This document shows, piece after piece, positions 30,568 through 43,329 of a stretch of DNA of 64,000 bases. The DNA is taken from assembly GCF_009914755.1 (NCBI RefSeq), contig NC_060927.1; one strand, 5' to 3'. Origin of the DNA: the human T2T-CHM13v2.0 reference genome, Homo sapiens. Below the pieces are notes generated by a model. The model was not told the origin of the DNA and made no database searches. It saw only the letters and a list, made by a program, of their open reading frames with translations. Each line of letters starts with the position of its first letter. Positions within the stretch are counted from its first letter, which is position 1. The position numbers and the translations under genes are program-made.

Positions 30568-31157
30568 TTAAAGGAAAAATAGATTACTTTTCTCACATAA
30601 CCATTTAAAAATATGTACATTTTAAGAAAGGAAAGACTAATATTTAAATGAGATAAAAATCTGAGAGAGTGCTAGAGATGTACTGTTCAGGCAGGACAAA
30701 AGGAGTCTCTCATAGATTGATTCAACAGTCTCAGAGATCCACAGGAAAGCAGGTGACATAGTGGGAAGAGCACCAAACTGGAAGCCAAGGAACTGAGTTT
30801 TCCGTCCTGGCTCAATAAGAAGCTGCATCATAGTGAGTAAGTCACCTTAAAGCGTCAGTTTCCTCATCTTAAAATGAAGACTAACAAGGACCATTCTAAT
30901 GCCCCCTACTCTACAGCTGTTGACATTAAAGGAATAATCTGGAAATGTAAATGGAAGGGCATCTCACCCACAGTTGTAGGCTTTTGGTAGCTCAAAGGTT
31001 GGGAACTACAGGGCAAGAAAGCCAGTAAGTAGCCATGCTTAAGCTAAATGAAGAAAGATGGGTACTCCCCTCTATTAGGCTCACTGAGGACAGAAATGGG
31101 CAAATGTATAGATAAAAATTAATAAAGGGGAAAATATTCATAGTCATAGTCATAAAT

Positions 31158-31480
31158 CTATGTATGTATATGTATATATACATATGTATACGTGTATGTA
31201 TATATACATATGTACACGTGTATGTATATATACATATGTACACGTGTATGTATATATACATATGTACACGTGTATGTATATATACATATGTACACGTGTA
31301 TGTATATATACATATGTACACGTGTATGTATATATACATATGTACACGTGTATGTATATATACATATGTACACGTGTATGTATATATACATATGTACACG
31401 TGTATGTATATATACATATGTATACGTGTATGTATATATATACATATGTATACGTGTATGTATATGTATACATATATGTA
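31158..31480. repeat. 26-bp minisatellite (tatgtacacgtgtatgtatatataca)n, ~11 units
   Basis: Seen directly; it produces the spurious YI/MY ORFs in six frames. Confidence 0.95.
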
Positions 31481-32351
31481 AAGATTAATAAAGGGGAATA
31501 GTCATATTCATAGTCATAAATTCATGTAAGGAATATGTATGACTGTTGGACAATGTTCTTGCTGTTATTTTATAAGGCACCAAAATAATGAATAGCAACT
31601 AAGGAAAAGAATAAAACACAGAGCTTCATGCCAAGGCCAGGGATTCCATAAAACACTAAGGCAAATAAAACAATTCCTCAGTCTATGCTGGTCACAGCTT
31701 TCACAAACCCTGCCACAGGACCTTAACACTTATGTGTTGAAGTGGCACTTAGAATTAAGTAAGTTTTATTTTCTCCAAGTCTTCACTGTTATCAATGATT
31801 ATTCTTATAACAACCACCTGGTGTTCAGCATTATGCTAGGAACTATAAAAATATAAAAAGAATTATAAAGCATGTCCCTAGCCACCGAAAACAGAACAAT
31901 ATGCACAGGAAAATAAGCAAAATAACTGAAGACAGTGAGTGCATGCCTGTGTATATATGCATATATGCCATCTACTGTGGAATTTAAATCACATTTTCCC
32001 ACAGAAACACAGAGAAGGTGGTTAGGTTTCAGTTGAGGTGACTCCTCAAACTTATTTCATGCTTATTTAGTTAAGCCTCAGTAGCTGTCCTTAATTCCTT
32101 AAATCTCAAAGTGATTTTCAACCAAGTTGAGGGGCTAATGGGTAGTGCTGTATAGCTGGAAATAACACATTCGATATTATGACATAATTTTACAATTAGA
32201 AAATGAACAACTATTTTTCATGATGCAGAAGCCACTATTTTAATTAAATGAATTTGTAAGTGGTAGCTATAACATACATACACAGCGTGACCTGCCAAAC
32301 ACTGCTCCAATATCTTTACACATAACTTACTTTTCGTTATTTAACTCACTT

Positions 32352-32683
<332 letters not shown>

Positions 32684-33019
32684 TAAAACAACCGCAAGAG
32701 GGAGTACCGTCAATATTCCCAGTTTTAAGGTGAGTAAACTAAGGCAGAGGGATGTTAAGTAATTTCCCCAGTCACATAGTTCGACAAAGCTTCTTGGTGG
32801 GTGAAGATACACAGAAAATATTTTATTTTCTGAATAATCTCATTATCCAATATTCTTTACTCGGGTTGAAAACAGAATGAAGGGATAAAGGCACTATGTT
32901 AATAGTTAGGTAAGTACTTTTTTTTAAAGCAGTAAGTAAACTAAAATGATTCATATTAGTATGGCCCCAAATAATTCCATATTGTTTATACCACAGACAG
33001 GTTCACACAAGGGCCCTAA

Positions 33020-33037
33020 GATATATATACATGGATG

Positions 33038-33085
<48 letters not shown>

Positions 33086-33348
33086 ATGTTACATAACAAA
33101 ACATGTTATGTATGGATGTTACATAACAAAACAAAAATCCATGTGTGTATATATATATGTATATATGTATATATGTATATATATGTGTATATATGTATAT
33201 ATGTATATATGTGTATATACGTATATATGTATATATATGTGTATATACGTATATATACGTATATGTCTATATACGTATATATATACATATATACGTATAT
33301 ATATGTATATATATACATATATACACATGGATGTTATATAACAAAACA
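33020..33348. repeat. Complex (TA)n/(TATG)n repeat with interspersed atggatgtta units
   Basis: Seen directly. Confidence 0.92.
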
Positions 33349-35029
33349 CTACAGCAGTGTTTTGATGGCTAATGACTGAAAATCTAAATGTCCATCAATG
33401 GGGACAGGCTAAATACTATTTTTATATTTTTACAAAGGACTGCTGTGTAGCCATGGAAAGGATGAGGTAGTTTTATACCCATGGATATTGAAAGTGCCTA
33501 ATATACAGTACTAAATGGCAAAAGCATGTGTATTAGGATTCCACTTGTGGGAAAGACAGAAGGGGGTATATATTATCATGTGCTTTATTATGATCAGAAA
33601 GTTTCTTAAATATAACCAAGAAATTATTTACAGTGCTTACTTCTGGGAAGTGGGGAATGGAGATGGGTAGATCAGTAGATAGAAAAGAAAAAGACTTTTT
33701 TTACATTGTATCCTTCTGTATTAAATTTCCTTTTATCAAAAGCATATAGCTGATTTTAAAATAGCTTAATTAAAAATACAGCAATATAGAGCTTAGTCTC
33801 CTTTTACATAATGGTTTCTAACCACAGACTGGTATGTAATGATCAGTGGTATTCCTAATAGTAATTAACCTAGAGAAATTAATGAATGATTTATTTTATA
33901 AACAAGGATAAAGTCAACATCCCTTTAATTAATCCATTAATCAAAGGGAGAAAAAGAAAGGGGGCCTATAAAACTCAAGCAGAAGGTTGAAAAAAATCTT
34001 CTAAAGATCATGTTTAAGAAAGGCTGCATCCCAGAGTCTGGATGCCAGAAATGCCAACGACCTTCTTGAAAAACAAGGAAGTATCTTTACGTGATTGTCA
34101 AATTGGGTTGGGAGGTCCCAAGGTGTGGACAAGGCTTTTTAAAAACTTCATTCTTTTACGTTTATACTTTTGCATATTTCATATTATACACAACATATTT
34201 ACAGTGGTAGTCATACACTATAAATAATTAAACACACAACATTTGGGGAGATGCATGCTCAAAAATGTTTTACTGATAGGGAGTGCAATTAAAAGGTTTG
34301 GAAGCTGCTGAGGTAGTAAAAAATATTGATGCAGTGAAAAGAAAAACATTAAATGGTCATTCTGTGGTCAAGGGATGAGAAGTAAAAGCTATGAAGCAGT
34401 TAATGTACAATGCCTGCAACTTTTGAGTACTCTTCAACTTTTTCCTGCATCTATTCCAAAACCAAATCCTGCCATTTTTCCAATAGGATATTTCCTGAGT
34501 TTGCCCCTTCATAACCATTCTGACCATCTAAATCTTATCAATTCACGCTTTTGGAAAGGCCTCTGGCCCTTATGTAAAGAGCCCTCCACTTGCTTGCATC
34601 TTGCACAGAACTGTAAAAAGGTCCTTTAAATGCTCAGACAGCTTCCAACTATCTCCAAAAGTGAAAGTACTTACCCATGATTGTAAATATCCCTGTCCCA
34701 CTCTCAAACTGTCCGCTCCCCATAGACCAACTGGAGCTCTTTAAATAAGTCAGACAAATATATTCCTCATTCCTCAAAGGACTCACCCTCCCTTTCACAT
34801 TCCGGTTGTGCAGATTAAACATACTCCACACCATCAAACCAAGTTATTTTTCCTCGAGAACTCTCTTAGAGGTTCCTTTTTCTCTAACAGCCTGCCCACC
34901 TCTGATTCCTGGGATTTTCGTGTTGACGGGATCGTTGGGATCTTTCCTCTCTTCTCATCTTTCCAGTAACCCATTAGCATTAGCAGGATTATTGGACAGG
35001 CCTCCGTTTGCATTAATATCTCCAATGAT

Positions 35030-36035
35030 TCTGTGATCTCCGCCCTAAAGACCTTTGATTTCTTTTGGTCGCGCCTCCCCTTCGGGACACCAAGTTTGTT
35101 TAGGGCCTGAGCACAGGGGCCCAGCAGGTTCTTTCCGACGTCAGCGGCTGCGTACGGAGGCCGACTTAGGCAGGCCGCTCCAGGAACAAGGCCGTGCGGA
35201 CAGGACTGACCTAGGCGCTTTTCCCCGTCGCTCCCAGAGGAGAAACGTACCGGGGAGGGGACAGACCGTGAGCAAGTGGTCCAAGTCTGCGCAGGGTGAC
35301 CCCGAAGGCCCACCGGAGAGGCCGAGGCTTGTGGGCTACTAGAACTAGGCCTGGTAGGTGAAGGAGGCGGGTGAAGGGCCGGATCCAGGACTGAATCCGG
35401 GAGAGGCGGGGCGAGGAGGGGACTCCGGTGTAGCTGCTTGGGCAGCTCCCGCGGCCCCTCTGGCGGGGGTGACCGTTATTGGACTCGCAGAGGGAAGAGT
35501 TGGGTAGCGTCCCCTACTCACCTAGAAGCGCTGCCGCCTGAGGCTCCAGCTGCCCCCCTCCCAATTCAAGCCACGTCAGCTCGGGAAGCCCGTACGCGAC
35601 ACCTTCCACCGCCGCGCCCCGCCAGGGACTCAGCCACTAGCAGTTGGGACGGAAGATGGGATTAAGACACCGACCAATCAGGACTATCGGCAGGACGTTA
35701 CCAGGGAGACCAGGCACACCTTGTTTGTTACCAACCTATCAACAATGACGGAAACCAATCAACGACAGAAGATGCTCCGCTTCCTCAAAGAAACAGCCAA
35801 TGGACCCTAAAGAGTGAATGAGGGGAGTGATTAGACGCGAGTAGGTGCCCCGGAACAAGATCTGGGGAGGGACAGGAAGTGTCGAGTGGGCGGGCGTTCT
35901 GGGAAAGGTCAGATGTTCTCAGTGTGAGGTGGTTATGCTGGCTTCCTCCAATTCCTCCTCTTCGTCGGCTGTGACTGACCGAGACAGCGGCTTGGGCTTC
36001 GGCAGAGACTTGAGACTGCGGGCACCCGCTGCCAT
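35030..36035. promoter_or_regulatory. GOLGB1: CpG island / GOLGB1 promoter
   Basis: Abrupt rise in CpG and GC content. CCAAT at 35674, 35755 and 35797; ETS-type caggaagtg ~35873; GC boxes ~35404 and ~35888. Confidence 0.9.
35522..35650 (-). other. GOLGB1: GOLGB1 non-coding exon 1 (TSS approximate)
   Basis: Strong donor TAG|GTGAGT at 35521 inside the CpG island, downstream of the CCAAT cluster; no ATG seen in the exon. Confidence 0.8.
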
Positions 36036-36624
36036 TAGGATTGTTGAATGAGCTGTGAGAAGGGAGTGGGGGATATGGGACTCTTAGATTGAAAAAATAC
36101 TGGAGCCTCTTAGTTGTTCGTCTAGTTTCACCTTTTGATTTTGTTGATGAAAAATAATTAACCACAGAAGTAACTTGCCCAAAGTCAAACAGCGACTTAG
36201 TGATGGAACTCGGACTAGAACCCGGTGTCAGTATGAAAGAGGATCAGCAATGTCTGTAAGGACATGATTGTGAGAGAGAGAGTAGTGAATACTAGGAAGG
36301 TGCCTCTTACAAAGTGGAGCCTAAGCCAGGACCTAAGCAAAGATTGAGAGTTGAGGGCTCAGGCTCTGCAATGAGTGTCAGTGAGGAGCTCCAGCAAAAG
36401 ACTGAAATCACTCATGCTTTCCTTAAACCCCTAAGGAAAGGGAAGGAAAGTAGCCAGCTCCCAATGAGCTGTCATTTCAGGCACTCTCTTGGCAATAAGA
36501 GTAATGTTAGTTTGAATTTATTGAATCTTGCTGTGCACTCAGCTGGCCCATTGTATGTATACTCATCTTAATGATTACATAACTTCACAATTCAAACATC
36601 AGCTAAGTAAGGCCTTTCCTGGCT

Positions 36625-37052
36625 GCCCATCTTACGGAACTGGAGGTCATTATTCTAAGTGAAATAAGTCTGGCACAGAAAGACAAATCTCCCATGGTCT
36701 CACTCATGTGGGAGCTTAAAAAGTTGATCTCATGGAGTAGAGATAAGTACCAGAGGCTGGGAAGGTGGAGTTGGGGGAGGGAGGGAAGAGATTGGTTAAT
36801 GGGTACAAACGTAGATAGAAGGAATAAGTTCAAGTGTTTGATAGCACAGTAGGGTGACTATAGTTAACAATATGTTATATATTTCAAAATAACTAGGAGA
36901 TTAGAAATGTTCCAAACACAAAAATGATAAATGTTTGAGGTGATAGATATCCTAAACACCCTGATTTGATCATTACACATTGTATGCATATATCAAACTA
37001 CCACACCCCATAAATATGTACAAATATGTATCAATACAAACATAAATAAAAT
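36625..37052 (+). mobile_element. L1MA-like 3' end fragment
   Basis: ggaactggaggtcattattctaagtgaaataag...ccctgatttgatcattacacattgtatg. Confidence 0.8.
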
Positions 37053-38739
37053 TGCAATTTCCTGCATGCACTATATACTTCTTCTTTGCTTCTTTTTCCC
37101 CTAAGCATTTTGCCATCTAAAGTACTATATATTTCATTTATCTGGTATCTCTCTTCTCATTAGATTATAAGCTCCAGGAAGGTAGTAATTTTGATCTCAG
37201 CTTTATCTCCAGGTCCCAGAAAAGTATAGAGGAGGGCACTCAATATCTGTTAAATTAATAAAGTATATATGATTATCCTTATCTTAAATGTGAGACAATA
37301 AGACTTCAGAAGGTTAAATAATTTGCACAAGGTCACATGGTGAGGGGCAGAGACAGAATTTGAAGAGGTTATTCAATGTCAATGCTGCAGTACTTAATGA
37401 ATACATCATATTCTTATATCCCTGATTGTATCCACCCAGCAAAGTCCTAAACCTGCATCAGTCCAACCATTGGTCTCTACTTCTACCTTTGGGGAGCAAA
37501 ATGCTGCAGGAGACATCAGGACAATGTCATCAGTGACATCAATGTCCTGACCACTGCACATTCAGTTTCCAGCTGAACTCCATCTTCAGCACACTCCCAA
37601 ATCCTTCTTGTCTTCAGCTTCCTCTCCTATTTGCCACAATTATTCAAACCTTTAACATCCTCTTTAAGTCCCAACCCCGTGTCTACACTTCACACTCCTA
37701 GCAGATGAACTTGCTTCTATCTTAGAGAAAATAGAAGCCATCACTGAGAGTCCTATTGTACTCCCTTACACAAAATTTACCTTTCTACATACTTATTTCC
37801 ACATTCGACCTTAGAATTTACCTTTCAGTTTTAACAGAATGAAAGTTTCTTATGGGAGACGAGATTAGAATTTTTTCTGTCTAGTAGGTCTTCTTATAGC
37901 TCTACCTTCTATTATTGGGTGAGCACAGTATGGTGAGAATTATAGTGAACACTAGGGGTGTGAAGGAAGAAAATGAGGTGGAGAAGTTAAAGAGCAAAAC
38001 ATATTATTTCTAAGTTCACTGAAGGACTGGAAATAATTTAGAATGCAACTTAATGGAAGCAATTTAGGCTCTGAGAGGGTGATCAAGATAATAAAAGATA
38101 ATTAGGGGTTGCCCCAGCAAAAAAGAGGGTACAGAATAGTGGAGGTAGATGGAGCAGCATGTGCATGGACCATTTGGGCAATTTGACATAAGTGATATGA
38201 CTGAATGGTTAGGCAAAGAGTAGGTCATAAAATTGTGCCATTTTATGCTAAGGGGTTTGGATATGACTCTAAGCTCCAGAGCAGTTAGAGACTGCAGAAA
38301 TCACAGAAGTGTGGAGTCATTCAGGTGTCCCTTAGAGAGTGATCATTTCCCTAATTGAAAGTACAGGGAGGAAAAGTTGAAAGACAAGAAATGTCACATT
38401 CTCTGTGATTTACTGTTGCCCAATTCCCTCTCCCCTTTTTCAGTTCTTTCCTCATCATCATCTTACCTTCCTCTATACCAAATGCAAACTTATTCCAAAA
38501 CTTTCATGCAGCCTTATTTATTAATGTATCTTCCATACCTAACGTATCTTCAGCATAGTATATACTCAATAAATATTTGTTAAATAAAATATCCAACATA
38601 GAATTCTATATGAATAAATCTTAAAATCTTGGAGAAATAAGAAATTGTCTTGAAAAATATAACTTTGAGACATATCAATTATATGCAAAAATATACAATC
38701 ACATGATCACATCAACCAATGAAGAAAAATATTTTCACA

Positions 38740-39050
38740 AGAAGAGGGAAGGTGGGGAAAGAAGAAGAGGGATGGTGGGGAAAGAGGAAGGGAGATGAGG
38801 GGGGAAAAAGAAGAAGGAAGGAGAGGAAAGAAAGGGGAAAGGAAGACGGAAGGTGGGGAAAGAAAAAGAGGGATGGTGGGGAAAGGGGAAAGAAGAGGGA
38901 TGGTAGGGAAAGGGGAAAGAAGAAGAGGGATGGCAGGGGAAGAAGAAGAGGGAAGGTGGGGGAAGAAGAGAGGGAAGGTGGGGATAGGGAAAAGAAGCTG
39001 AGGAAAGAAGGTGGGGAAAGAAGAAGAGGGAAGGTGGGGGAAGAAGAAAA
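38740..39050 (+). repeat. Purine-rich degenerate tandem repeat (units like aagagggaaggtggggaaag)
   Basis: Seen directly. Confidence 0.9.
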
Positions 39051-40457
39051 ATCAACACCCATTCATGATTAAAAAAAAAAACTCAGAAAACTAGGAATCG
39101 AAGGATATTTACTCAACTTGATAGAAAAATATTGCAGATTCTTAATGGTGAGAAACTGGATGCTTTCCCTCTAAGATCAGGAACAAGGTAAGGATGTCCC
39201 CTGTCACTACTCCTAGGTGACATTATACTAAACCTCCTGCCTAATGTAAGACAATAAAGGGAAATAAAAGATATTCATACTAGCAAGTAATAAATAAAAC
39301 TGTCTTTGTAGATGGCATGATTTTTTATGTAAAAAATATCTAAGAATAAACAAAAACCTCCTGGAATTAATAAGCAATTTTAACGAGGCTACAGGGTAAA
39401 AGGTCAATTGCTTTCCTCAGCAAAGAACAATTGGAATTTGAAATTAAAAACACAATACCATTTACATTAGCCTCAAAAAAAAAAGACGAAATAAATACTT
39501 AGGCATAAATCTAACAAAATATGTACAGGCTCTATGTGAAGGAAACTAGCAAACCTCTGATTAAAAAAATTAAAATCTAAATAAATTGAGAAATATTCCA
39601 TATTCCCAGAAAGCATCAGTATTGTTACGATGTCAATTCTTCCCAACTTTATCTGTAGATTCAATAAGATCTCAATCAAAATCTTAGCACATTATTTTGT
39701 GGATATCAACAAATTAATTCTGAATTTTATATGAAAAAGTAAAAGACCCAGAATAATCCACAGACTATTCAAGAAGAACAAAGTTGGAGGACTGACGTTA
39801 CCCAACTTCAAGACTTACTACACAGCTACAGTAAACAAGACAGCATGGTATTGGCTAAAGAATAGACAAATAGACCAATGGAACAGAATGGACAGCCCCA
39901 AAATAGATCCACATAAATGTAGACAACTGATCTTTGAGAATGGAGCAAAGGCAATTCAATGGAGAAAAGAGTCTTTTCAATACATGGTGCTAGAACAACT
40001 GGAAATCCACATGCAAAAAATGACACACACCTTATACCTTTTATACAAATTAACTCAAAGTGGATCTTAAGATGTAAATATAAAATGTAAAAATATAAAA
40101 CATCTATAGGATAATTTGAGACTCTAGGTGACTTTGAGTTTGGTGATGACTTTTCAGATACAACACCAAAAGCATGAGCCAATGCGGGGGGGAGAACACA
40201 ATAAGTTGGACTTGATTAAAATGAAAAACTTCTGCTCTGCAAAAGGCACCGTTAAGAAGATTAAAAAAACAAGGCACAGACTGGGAGAAAATATTTGTAG
40301 AATACCTATTTGATAAAGGACTGTTACCTAAAATACACAAGGAACTCTTATAATGCAAAAATTTTAATTAAAAAAATTCACAAGTGGGCAAAAGATCTGA
40401 ACAGACACCTCACCAAAGAAGATACACAGATGGCAAATAAGCACACAAAAAAATGCA

Positions 40458-41042
<585 letters not shown>

Positions 41043-42119
41043 TCAACATCATATGTTACTAGGGAATTGCAAATTAAAGGAACAATAAGATACCACCACA
41101 CACCTATTTGAATCACAAAAATCCAAAACCTGGACATCATCAACTGCTGGCAAGCATGTAGAACAACAGGAACTCACATCTATTACTGATGGGAATGTAA
41201 AATGATACAACCACTTTGGAAGACAGTTAAGCAGTTTCTTACAAAGCTAAACATAGATTGACCATACCATCCAGCAATCATGCTCCTAGATATATCAAAA
41301 TCAGTGAAAATGTATGTCCACAAAAACACTTGCACATGAATGTTTATAGCAGCTTTATTCGTAATTCCCAAAACTTGAAAGCAAAGATGTCCTTCAGTAG
41401 ATAAACAGATATACTGTGGTATTTCATACAATTGAACATTATTCAGTGATAAAATGAATTGAGCAATCAAGCCATGAAAAGACATGGAGGAACGTTAAAT
41501 GCATATTGTTAAGTGAAAGAAATCAGTCTGAAAAGGCTATATACTGTGTGGTCCAGCAATTTGACATTTTGAAAGAGGCAAAACTATAGAAACAGTAAAA
41601 GAAAATCAGTGGCTGTCATGGATGGGGTTGGGAAGGGGCAAAGAAGGATTAATATATGGAATAGAGAGAATATTTTAAGGGAGAGAAACTATTTTGTATG
41701 ACACTGCAGTGGTGGATATGTGGTATTGTGCATTTGTCAAACTCCATAGAACTGTATAACATAAAGAGTAAATTTTAATGTAAACTGTGGACTTTAGTTA
41801 ATGATAATGTCTCAATATTGGTTCATCAAATGTAATAAACATGGTAATAATAGGGGAAACTGCTGAGAGGTGGGAAGTGGGGGGAGGATGAGATGAATAT
41901 ATAAAACTCTGTATGTCTGCTCAATGTGTCTGTAAATCTAAAACTGTGCCAAAAAAATAAAGGAATGTATGTGTATACATATATTTCCAAATTTGACCCA
42001 AGAAAAAGTAGAGGAATCTGACAACTTCTAGAAAAAAAAAAAACATTTAAAAGTTGTTAATCTCAGAAGAAAAGTATACAATCCAGACAGTTTTTCAGGC
42101 AATTGCTTTTGGGGCTTTT

Positions 42120-42803
42120 TTATAGACTGAATATTTGTGTTCCCGGCAAAATTCATATGCTGATGTCCTGTCAATTTTATAGTATGAGGGGGTAGGGCCT
42201 TTGGGAGATAATTAGGTCATGAAGGTAGAGACCTCATGAATGAGATTAGCGCCCTTATAAAAGAGACCCCAGAGTCCTCCCTTGTTTTTTTTTTTTTTTT
42301 TTTTTTTGAGACAGGGTCTCACTCTTGGGCTGCAGTGCGGTGGCATAATTTTGGCTCACTGCAACCTCAACTTCCAGGGCTTAGGTGATCATCTCATCTC
42401 AGCTTCCTGAGTAGTTGAGACTACAAGTGTACGCCACCATGCCCAGCTAATTTTTGTGGGTTTTTTTTTTTGTTTTTTTTTTTTTTTTTTGTAGAGATTG
42501 GATTTTGCCGTGTTGCCCAGGCTGGTCTTTAACTCTTGGGCTCAAGCAATACACCTGCCTCGGCCTCCCAAAGTGCTAGGATTAGAGGCATGAGCTACTG
42601 CACTTAGCTCCCTTGCCTCTTCTGCCACGTGAGGATGAATGAGAAGATGGCGTCTGTGAGCCATGAAGTGAGCCCTCACGCAACACCGAATCTACCAGTG
42701 CCTTAATCTTAGACTTCTCAAACTCCAAAATTATGGGAAATAAATTTCTGTTGTTTATAAGCCACCCAGTCTATGATATTTTTATAGCATCCCAAACTAA
42801 GAC
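42120..42803 (+). mobile_element. MaLR (MLT1-like) solo LTR interrupted by an antisense AluJ (~42285-42608)
   Basis: gactgaatatttgtgttccc start; aaataaatttctgttgtttataagccacccagtctatg...aactaagaca end; ctcccttg on both sides of the Alu. Confidence 0.82.
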
Positions 42804-43149
42804 AAGCTTTCAAGGAACAGATATTTCCTATGCTATACAATCTATACAGAGCATAGGAACAGATGGAATGTTTCCTAGCTAATTCAGGTCTAAAAAAAAG
42901 AAAAGAGAAAAAAGAAAAAAAAGGTCTTTTTGTAGTTTAACTGTGATTACCTTTGTCATTACACTTTTCTTTCTCCATATTTACTCTAGCCAAAGATATT
43001 GTTTACAAAAGTATCTATTTTCAGGGCAGCTTCGTGGGGCCTATAATGAGAAAGAGGTAAAACCAGGGTGGGCAATCAAGTGATGGCTCCATGGCAGGGC
43101 CACTGAAACTAATAGCGCAGTTAGAGCCCTAGCCCTTCCAAAGCCAGAC

Positions 43150-43329
43150 ATGAGCCAGGGCTTGGAACATCTTCTGCAGGCTCTCCAGGGCTTCAATGCA
43201 CAACAGAATGTTGCTGAATATCAACTGCAGCTGTTCAGGACTGAGATGCCCAGCGGACCGCATCAACAGCTGACACTGCTCCCTGATGATGTGTGTGTCT
43301 CTCACATAGCTGGTCTCTAGAATTAGTTT
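43150..43329 (-). pseudogene. Candidate relic exon encoding the N-terminus of a Dbl-homology (RhoGEF) domain
   Basis: Hand translation KLILETSYVRDTHIIREQCQLLMRSAGHLSPEQLQLIFSNILLCIEALESLQKMFQALAH; resembles the DH motifs ExxYVxxL and LsxEexxxIFSNI. Confidence 0.65.

Noticed and set aside
31158-31480. CRISPR-like regular array
   Set aside because: Head-to-tail units with no unique spacers, in primate DNA.
30992-31501. Cluster of 95-141 aa YI/MY-rich ORFs
   Set aside because: Translations of the stop-free 26-bp minisatellite.
32946-33379. YI-rich ORFs
   Set aside because: Derived from (TA)n/(TATG)n repeats.
35561-35575. Canonical ERSE (CCAAT-N9-CCACG)
   Set aside because: The spacer is 5 nt rather than 9.
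34834-36165. ORFs up to 159 aa in the CpG island
   Set aside because: GC-rich sequence is poor in stop codons; no recognisable domain or exon structure.
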